From a virus (lineage: Duplodnaviria; Heunggongvirae; Uroviricota; Caudoviricetes): a stretch of DNA of 64,000 nt. The DNA is taken from IMG/VR virus record IMGVR_UViG_3300026302_000005, positions 145,301-209,300 of that record, one strand, 5' to 3'. Below the pieces are notes generated by a model. The model did not search any database. It was not told the origin of the DNA and was given only the letters and a program-made list of their open reading frames with translations. Made by a program: the position numbers and the translations under genes. Positions 57,607 through 64,000 of this stretch are shown piece after piece (position 1 is the stretch's first letter; the number at the start of each line of letters is the position of its first letter).

Positions 57607-57845
57607 TGGATGAGGCCCGTCAACTTCTGGAGGATATCCTTCGGGCGCTTAACGCGATCCCGAATGCGGCTGTCCCCCGCCAGTATGCGGGCACCGTCCG
57701 ATTTGCTGGAACCTATGAGATTGCGGCAGAGATCAGTCAGTTTCTGAAACGTCCGGTTGAGGAAGAGTTTGATCCCTATCGAGACCCCGATACGGTGAAG
57801 ATGCTTGAGCGAGCAGGAATTGCAACCTACAAGCACCGCAGGTAA
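57606..57845 (+). CDS. Hypothetical protein
   Basis: 79 aa, TAATG coupling. Confidence 0.65.
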   Translation: MDEARQLLEDILRALNAIPNAAVPRQYAGTVRFAGTYEIAAEISQFLKRPVEEEFDPYRDPDTVKMLERAGIATYKHRR

Positions 57846-57901
57846 CGAGTTTCATCACGTAACAATTTCAGCAGGGGGCCCTTTTTGGGCCCCCTCTTTT
57901 T

Positions 57902-58999
57902 TCACAAGTCCATCGCGGTATGCAGGGCTTTGAGCTTCTTCTTGGCATTCACACCCAGCCAGGACGAGGCCATGCGGTTGTCGGCGGATTGACCGATCAC
58001 ATGGTCCCATGCGTAGTTGGTGGTCTGCAACAGACCCCACGCGGTCCCCTTGCAGGACGGCAGGTTCGCACCCTGATATTCCTGCATCCAGCCTGGAGCC
58101 TTCTTGAGGTTCCGGTTGCCATGCTCCCATGTGGCCAGGTCTTCGAGCTTCTCCGGCAGCGTGATCTGACCGGATGCCAACTGCGGCAGAATGTCCGGAT
58201 GGAATGCCTTGATCAGATACATCATGGCTTCTTTGTCAGAAACCATCGTGTCGGCCATACGCTTGGCATCATCGACGAACTCGGTCAGAACCGATTTGGC
58301 CAGCCCCATGACTTCCTTGATCTCAGCGATCCGCTTTTCGTTGAACACCCGTCCGTGGGACATCGTATAGGCCCGCTTGATCTTGCCTTTGCGGGAATAC
58401 GGCTGCACCAGAGTGTGTCCACCCGGATAGCGAACCGGCGTGAAGATAGCTTTCAGGGCACTGCCGTAGACGTGGCTCTGCATCAAAAGGAAATACCCGG
58501 TGATGATCTCACCATCGCAGAGTTCGTAGTCGCCGTTGATCCGGGCAAGACCCCAGATGTGCTGACCGTCGTAGATCGATCCAGCCGTTTCCATCCGCAT
58601 GTTGCCAGCCGAGCAGAAATCCTCGAACACCCGGAACGCATCGTGATTCTGGATCGGCTTGTAGCGGGGGCCGACGAACGGGCTGATCGGCTCCATCGTG
58701 TCATCACGCAACAGCACGTAGTTGCCCATGACGCGGCGGGGGACCATCGGACCTTTGGCTTCATCCCTGTTGTTCAGGATCGCCTCGCTGGCCAGCTTCT
58801 CGATGTCCTTGGAGTTCACCACGTCGATCCATGCTTGACGCTTCACCACGGCCCAATCCAGGCCCGCCAAGGCCAGGACCTGATCCACGGTAGCATCGGC
58901 AGGAAGGGCCGCTCCAATGCCCTCCCAGGGCGTCCCCTGCACGGGGTCGAACTGCTGGGCCATCGTGCTGATGTGTGATGCGAATGCCGGTTTGTTCAT
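57902..58999 (-). CDS. DUF932 family protein
   Basis: PW.G.G..AGLDW.V, V...Y..IQN..F, ETAGS..G..W.LA, H.G..A, TPVR, GTAWG. Confidence 0.85.
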   Translation of the reverse strand: MNKPAFASHISTMAQQFDPVQGTPWEGIGAALPADATVDQVLALAGLDWAVVKRQAWIDVVNSKDIEKLASEAILNNRDEAKGPMVPRRVMGNYVLLRDDTMEPISPFVGPRYKPIQNHDAFRVFEDFCSAGNMRMETAGSIYDGQHIWGLARINGDYELCDGEIITGYFLLMQSHVYGSALKAIFTPVRYPGGHTLVQPYSRKGKIKRAYTMSHGRVFNEKRIAEIKEVMGLAKSVLTEFVDDAKRMADTMVSDKEAMMYLIKAFHPDILPQLASGQITLPEKLEDLATWEHGNRNLKKAPGWMQEYQGANLPSCKGTAWGLLQTTNYAWDHVIGQSADNRMASSWLGVNAKKKLKALHTAMDL

Positions 59000-59008
59000 G
59001 ACGTATCC

Positions 59009-59392
59009 TTACTGCTTCGGTTTGACTGAGAAATGGACCCAGGCTTTTGCGCCCAGCAGTCCATGTGATCCGTCTGCTGGTAGAGCGGGTCGAACGGTGA
59101 CGGTCCACCCGGCTTGGTCCATTTCGTTGGTGATCCACCACTCGAAGTCTTCGCGGATCGCAGTGACCACGTTGGCCCCATGTTCGACTTGGCCAGAAAC
59201 GCCGGTGCGGTAATAGTGAACCGTCCGTTCATCCAGGCAACACACGAATTGTTCGAGACCCTTCATCCCTTCCCGAGGGTAAATGAATTCCATCTTACGC
59301 TGGACTTCCATCCCGGCAGCAACATACAGTTGAAGCACCGACGGGCTGATGTAGGGGCCGATTTTGGCTTTGAGTTCGGCGGGGGTGATCAT
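59009..59392 (-). CDS. Hypothetical protein (possible paralog family member)
   Basis: 127 aa; GGAG SD. Confidence 0.7.
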   Translation of the reverse strand: MITPAELKAKIGPYISPSVLQLYVAAGMEVQRKMEFIYPREGMKGLEQFVCCLDERTVHYYRTGVSGQVEHGANVVTAIREDFEWWITNEMDQAGWTVTVRPALPADGSHGLLGAKAWVHFSVKPKQ

Positions 59393-59397
59393 GGGTC

Positions 59398-59781
59398 TTA
59401 CTCCATCTTGATGGTTTGCAGAGTCCCGTTGAACTCGAACACGGACTTGTATTCGGGATCATCGGGGATGCAGCGAATTGCCATGTCGGCGAAGACATAC
59501 CCGGATACCCGAATCCGATCCTGCACGATTTGCCGGATATTCGAGTTCACCGTGCGATACTCGATGCCATCGACGACAGCGGAGCTATCCTCCAAGGCTT
59601 TCCATGTGTGGGGGAACCCCTGGAGCTTGAAGTCCAGCTTGCGAAACGGTTGGTCGGGATGGATGGCTCCCGCTACCAACCCCTTGCGGAGTTGGATATC
59701 AACGGTCTCGATGAGATACATCACCTCCCGATGCACTGGCAGTCCCAGGGCGAGTTCACGGGCTTCCTGTTGCGTAATCAT
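59398..59781 (-). CDS. Hypothetical protein (paralog family)
   Basis: 127 aa; similar to 60379-60717. Confidence 0.7.
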   Translation of the reverse strand: MITQQEARELALGLPVHREVMYLIETVDIQLRKGLVAGAIHPDQPFRKLDFKLQGFPHTWKALEDSSAVVDGIEYRTVNSNIRQIVQDRIRVSGYVFADMAIRCIPDDPEYKSVFEFNGTLQTIKME

Positions 59782-59791
59782 GATCGTTCCC

Positions 59792-60379
59792 TTATCCTCT
59801 CACCGACCACATGTCGGCACCTTCCTGATAGCAGACCAGGGCGGTTGATTCCAACCGATCCCGATCCAGGCGAACATCCGAGAACCGAATCCGGCAACCA
59901 TCGTCCCGGCGTTCCCGATCCAGTGAATTGATGATCCACCGGTTGTTGACGATCCAGGTATTGACGTTACCGCCACCTGGGCATGCGGTGAACCATTCGT
60001 GATAGACCTGTCCATCCTTGAACGTCACCTGTTCAAACCCTGTGCATCCACGAGGAACCCCGTCAATTTCCCCATAGACGTCGATCCGACCATAGTTGCC
60101 GGTCTGATAGCTTTCCCACACATACTGCTGACCAGGCCGGTTCATGGTCAGGGCGATGGAGATCGCCTGTAGGGCCAGGTGTGCATCGGTCATCGGTGCC
60201 GTCAGCACATAGGGTGCCGGGACGACTGGATCACTCGGAGCCGTATTGATGTTGAAACCTTCGATGCTTCCGTTCGCGTAAAACCCTTCGGTGGTCGGGT
60301 TCCAGCTAAACGTGATGTCGGCGTGGGCCGGAGCGGCGGCACAGCTTGCAACGAGGAACAGAAGCCAGATCGGTTTCAT
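59792..60379 (-). CDS. Secreted/periplasmic protein
   Basis: Signal peptide MKPIWLLFLVASCAAAPAHA; two C..F..C beta motifs reminiscent of surface-antigen domains. Confidence 0.65.
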   Translation of the reverse strand: MKPIWLLFLVASCAAAPAHADITFSWNPTTEGFYANGSIEGFNINTAPSDPVVPAPYVLTAPMTDAHLALQAISIALTMNRPGQQYVWESYQTGNYGRIDVYGEIDGVPRGCTGFEQVTFKDGQVYHEWFTACPGGGNVNTWIVNNRWIINSLDRERRDDGCRIRFSDVRLDRDRLESTALVCYQEGADMWSVRG

Positions 60380-60717
60380 CACGGTCTCCGGATGGTAATG
60401 ATGAGGGTGTGTGGGTCTTCCAGTTCGGTTTTGACCACGGCCAGCCCACAATCGATGAAGCGGTGATACAGGACGTTGGCGATACCGTCGATCAGGCCGT
60501 CACCGTCGATCAACAGCGGGACCGATTGAACCCGAATGGTCACACCGGGATGCTGCATCAGATCGCTCAGGCTGATCGCCCCGCCGAGCAAGCCGAACTT
60601 GAGGCGGTTCTCCATAACCTCGACCAGGTGGAGGTATTGGAGATACCGTGCTTCACCAAGGGCAAACTCTGCCAGGTCTTGCCGAGTCAGCGGCTGATTG
60701 GCGTGTTGGGGAATCAT
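60379..60717 (-). CDS. Hypothetical protein (paralog family)
   Basis: GAGG SD, ATG 60717. Confidence 0.7.
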   Translation of the reverse strand: MIPQHANQPLTRQDLAEFALGEARYLQYLHLVEVMENRLKFGLLGGAISLSDLMQHPGVTIRVQSVPLLIDGDGLIDGIANVLYHRFIDCGLAVVKTELEDPHTLIITIRRP

Positions 60718-61076
60718 GCGAACCTCACGAAATGGGGGCCCTTGAAAGTCAGGAGCCGGTTGCCGCTGAACGACGTTCCGTCGATCCGAGTGAACATGAA
60801 CAACACCCGCAGGTGATAGAGTTCGGTCGGTTCGACTGCGATCTTCTCGGGGTTGCTGGTGAACACTTCGGTGGTGACCTGAACCTGCACGTAGTCGGCG
60901 ATCAGGCCGACCGGTCCACCCTGGACACGAATGGGTTTCGCGGTCCACACGTAGTTGGAAATTCCTTCTTTCCCTGAGGGCCCATCCGTCTCGGACGCTT
61001 GCTCCAGGGATAGGTTGGTGTAGCCCATGGTGATGGTCAGGGCATGTCCGATGGCATCTTTGACGTTCGTATACAT
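60714..61076 (-). CDS. Hypothetical early protein
   Basis: Minus-strand TTGACG-17-TATTGG promoter; GGAG SD. Confidence 0.7.
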   Translation of the reverse strand: MYTNVKDAIGHALTITMGYTNLSLEQASETDGPSGKEGISNYVWTAKPIRVQGGPVGLIADYVQVQVTTEVFTSNPEKIAVEPTELYHLRVLFMFTRIDGTSFSGNRLLTFKGPHFVRFA

Positions 61077-61229
61077 GACGACTCCACAGTTGTTCTTGAC
61101 GAACCAATACCAGGTTCAAAACCATTCGTCAAGAACAAAAACCGGTCTCTCGGTATTAGTCAGACCGGTCCCAAATACCTGTGAGAGCATGTCGGACCCC
61201 TCGCCGCCGCCCTCATTAACATCTAGGAG

Positions 61230-61997
61230 GTGGACTATATGGGAAGAAATCACGTATCCCGTAAACAAACAGCAGCACAGTATGAGGTCGTTCCTCAGAC
61301 TCGCAAACCCGTCGATATTCAGGCCCGCACACCGAAGCAGCGAGACTATATCAGAGCCATCAGAGAAAATGACATCACATTCGGAATGGGGTCTGCCGGA
61401 ACCGGCAAAACCTTCCTCGCCGCATTGATGGCCATGGATTATCTGACCAAGGGTCTGGTTGACAAGATCGTGATATGCCGACCAGCGGTCGAAGCAGGAG
61501 GGGAGAAACTCGGCTTCCTCCCCGGGGGCATCAACGACAAGATGGACCCTTTCATTCAGCCGATCTTCGATGCATTCCGAACTTACTGGAGTATGCAGAC
61601 GATCAAGCAACATCTAGGTGATCGAGTGATCGAGATTGTTCCCCTTGCCTTCATGCGGGGACGCAGTTTCAATCGATCTTTCATCATCGCAGATGAGATG
61701 CAGAACGCCACACCCGAAAACTTGCTGATGTTGATGACCCGATTGGGGGACGAATCCAAGATCGTCATCACCGGCGACCCGCTGCAAAGCGATATCAACG
61801 GGAGTTCCTGCTTCTTGGTCGCGGAGCCGATTCTTCGGAAAGTCGATGTGATTGAGTTTGTTCACTTCTCCAACAAGGACGTCGTGAGACATCCGACCGT
61901 GAAGAAGATACTTGATGTTTGGCCCAACAATGGAATCAACCTTGAAGGAGGTGATCAGGATAATGATCTGCCCGCGTTTATCACACACGCGGCGTAG
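61230..61997 (+). CDS. phoH: PhoH-like ATPase
   Basis: GSAGTGKT, RPAVE, LGFLPG, LAFMRGRSF, DEMQN, TRLG, TGD..QSD, DVVRH. Confidence 0.95.
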   Translation: MDYMGRNHVSRKQTAAQYEVVPQTRKPVDIQARTPKQRDYIRAIRENDITFGMGSAGTGKTFLAALMAMDYLTKGLVDKIVICRPAVEAGGEKLGFLPGGINDKMDPFIQPIFDAFRTYWSMQTIKQHLGDRVIEIVPLAFMRGRSFNRSFIIADEMQNATPENLLMLMTRLGDESKIVITGDPLQSDINGSSCFLVAEPILRKVDVIEFVHFSNKDVVRHPTVKKILDVWPNNGINLEGGDQDNDLPAFITHAA

Positions 61998-62020
61998 TCA
62001 ATAGGTTTTTATCGAGGGGT

Positions 62021-62059
62021 AAAAAACCAGGGGCCGGATTGATTCCCCGGCCCCTTTTC
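62021..62059. terminator. Terminator between convergent genes
   Basis: A-tract, AGGGGCCGG...CCGGCCCCT, T-tract. Confidence 0.75.
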
Positions 62060-62067
62060 ATTCATCT

Positions 62068-62565
62068 CTACGGAATGGAAAACGCAGTGAGGTAATCCAC
62101 GTATTCCCCGGTCATGGCAGTTCGCATCGGATATGGATACTCCTCTGGAGTTCTCGCCGGGTCTTGTAGCCAATCCCACAAATCCTCAAATACCCGATCC
62201 CCACCCCATGGTGGTGAAACCTGTTGATTGCCCAGGTCGAGCCATGCATAGAAGGCACTTCGATTTACCACCAGCGGAACCCTGGGGTCCTCTGGGTCAT
62301 CCCATACCCGAATGCCATAATCGCGCTCAGCCTCTTCGGACCCAATTGAATTGTCACGAATGATTCGTTCGGCAAAACGAACCATCCATTGAATCCACAG
62401 TGTATAGACCTGACCACCACTCAGGGGGCAATTACGGCTTTGAAATGGACGTGATTCGGTCAGCACGTAACGTGCATTTTCTTCGGTGGCTTCCAATCCA
62501 ATAGCGACCAGAAACATCGAAGTCTGCGGATTCAGAAGGCTAGGGGTAGCGGGCATATCGGGCAT
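62068..62565 (-). CDS. Hypothetical late protein
   Basis: Minus-strand TAAATA at 62584-62589. Confidence 0.65.
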   Translation of the reverse strand: MPDMPATPSLLNPQTSMFLVAIGLEATEENARYVLTESRPFQSRNCPLSGGQVYTLWIQWMVRFAERIIRDNSIGSEEAERDYGIRVWDDPEDPRVPLVVNRSAFYAWLDLGNQQVSPPWGGDRVFEDLWDWLQDPARTPEEYPYPMRTAMTGEYVDYLTAFSIP

Positions 62566-62586
62566 CCTTGTTGGAGTCCCTGATAT

Positions 62587-62736
62587 TTATGCCTCTTCCC
62601 GATCTGACCGAAGGTGTTCGACCGACTCTCCGGAATCTTCCCAGACCCAGCATTTCAGGTCTTCGTCCCATTGCTGGACTCCACTGATCTGGGCCATGTC
62701 ATCGAGCCAGTCGGAAATTTCATCAGGCGTGGGCAC
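62587..62736 (-). CDS. Small acidic hypothetical protein
   Basis: GGAGG SD, GTG 62736, 49 aa. Confidence 0.55.
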   Translation of the reverse strand: MPTPDEISDWLDDMAQISGVQQWDEDLKCWVWEDSGESVEHLRSDREEA

Positions 62737-62992
62737 GGCGGTATACCTCCTGTGCCGACACGAACGGAATCGTGGTGGCCTTGAACGCCTCGTAGCGACG
62801 GGCCCATTCAGCCTTGCACTCCTCACGGGTGTGATTGGCATAGAAGTCGTCGGCTTGCAGGCTGGCTGTGGTTGCAGCGTAGCGACGTTCCGCATTGGCG
62901 TCGGCCAGTGGGTTGAACGGGGCCGGGGGGTTGCGGTGCTCGTTGTGGAGCGGGCCGCAGTGAAGTCCGTAATCTTGAATCTGCATGATCAT
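62723..62992 (-). CDS. Hypothetical protein
   Basis: GAGGAGG SD; 89 aa. Confidence 0.65.
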   Translation of the reverse strand: MIMQIQDYGLHCGPLHNEHRNPPAPFNPLADANAERRYAATTASLQADDFYANHTREECKAEWARRYEAFKATTIPFVSAQEVYRRAHA

Positions 62993-63210
62993 TCCTCCTC
63001 GACCGTTTCAACCAGTTCGAGAACCCGCCACATCGGATAGGTGATCTGTTCCTTGATCTTGTAAGGACCCCCATCGGCATACCAGGTGAATTTCACGAAC
63101 CCATCGGAAATCTTGGTGTCGTTGTATCCCCGGAGTTCTTCGTTCACCGAGATGACCTCGGTGCCAGGAATCCCCAAAAGTTCGATGTTCGCTACATTGA
63201 TTCTCGGCAT
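62989..63210 (-). CDS. Hypothetical early protein
   Basis: Promoter TTGACA (63272-63267)-17-TATAGG. Confidence 0.7.
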   Translation of the reverse strand: MPRINVANIELLGIPGTEVISVNEELRGYNDTKISDGFVKFTWYADGGPYKIKEQITYPMWRVLELVETVEEE

Positions 63211-63268
63211 GTCAGGCGTCCCCTGGTTGGTGGATTTCTCCTACCTATACCAGGGGACGCCATGATTG

Positions 63269-64000
63269 TCAATACCGCTCGAAGTCGCTGTTCGGCTTGA
63301 ACCCATCGATTTCGTTCCCGAACCGGTTGGAGCGAGCCCGAACCTCATCAAAGGTGGTCAGGTTGATTGCCATGCCGTTCAGGAAGCGTGGCACCAGAAG
63401 ATCACTCCTGGGATTGATGTGCTCGATCCGTTTGGTCCGGTAAGAGATCGATCCCAGCCCACCTTCCAGAACCAATCCGAGCAGGCCCTTTTTCGAGGTC
63501 TTGCCGGGGTCGGTAATCGGGTCCTTGAACACATCACGCCATTCGTCACCAACCATGGCAGCAGATGCTTTCATGGCCCACTTCTGGGTGTCCCGGTTCG
63601 GCTGTTGCAGGAGAGCCCCGCCCATACCGAACGCGATGTTCTCAGCCGACCATCCTGCCGCGATGAGGCTGTCCAGGATGGCCTGAATGCTGTCCAGACC
63701 AACCCCGTCCCCTTGGATGACACGGACGCAATCGGCTAGGACCTTGTAGCCCTTGCTGTTGACGGTGTAGCCGAATTTCTCACCGAGGATTTCGATGATC
63801 TGCAACGGCACGACCGTCGGATCGCCGGAGTCGGGACGAACCACCAGAGTGCCGCCCATGTCCTGGACCTTCTTCCGGAGTAGTTCGCCCCAGAGTTCCG
63901 CTGCGGCCTTGAAGATGTCGTAGCTGTCCGAGACCACCGCGTAGATTTTGCCAGGACCGGCGAACTGATCGACCATGTTCGAGAAGGCATCGACCTCGCA
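63269..64000 (-). CDS. nadV: Nicotinamide phosphoribosyltransferase (NAMPT), 5' part outside the window
   Basis: AVVSDSYD, LVVRPDSGDP, VRVIQGDG, NIAFGMGGALLQ, NRDT, K.SKKG. Confidence 0.93.
   Translation of the reverse strand, partial: CEVDAFSNMVDQFAGPGKIYAVVSDSYDIFKAAAELWGELLRKKVQDMGGTLVVRPDSGDPTVVPLQIIEILGEKFGYTVNSKGYKVLADCVRVIQGDGVGLDSIQAILDSLIAAGWSAENIAFGMGGALLQQPNRDTQKWAMKASAAMVGDEWRDVFKDPITDPGKTSKKGLLGLVLEGGLGSISYRTKRIEHINPRSDLLVPRFLNGMAINLTTFDEVRARSNRFGNEIDGFKPNSDFERY

Noticed and set aside
1-64000. Stop-codon reassignment (alternative genetic code)
   Set aside because: Conserved genes are full length under the standard code and end in TAA, TGA or TAG; the breaks seen are frame shifts, not in-frame stops.

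Overview
A 64-kb segment of a large, T4-like (jumbo-type) dsDNA phage genome. The host is probably an alphaproteobacterium, judging from the circularly permuted two-piece tmRNA, a DUF2093 gene and sigma70 promoters that often lack the -7 T. The window holds fibre/structural genes (1-13.3 kb), replication genes (primase, DnaB-like helicase, 5'-3' exonuclease, two-subunit type II topoisomerase, clamp loader, DnaE fragment, SF1 helicase), a class II ribonucleotide reductase, chaperone/proteolysis genes (DnaJ, GroES-like, ClpS-like), PhoH, NAMPT and many late genes marked by a TAAATA promoter motif. Most notable: (1) a Ro60/TROVE gene whose ~260-nt structured leader begins with a minimal 65-nt animal-like Y RNA and ends in a hairpin hiding the ro60 ribosome-binding site, alongside tmRNA, Pnkp, a 2H phosphoesterase and Sm-like proteins; (2) a permuted tmRNA with a 129-nt highly structured intervening segment; (3) a recurring layout in which promoter DNA is complementary to the downstream translation-initiation region; (4) +1 frame breaks in both giant fibre genes and at the clamp-loader start; (5) NrdR-like boxes upstream of the phage nrdJ. 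All calls were made by eye from motifs; no database searches or folding programs were run.
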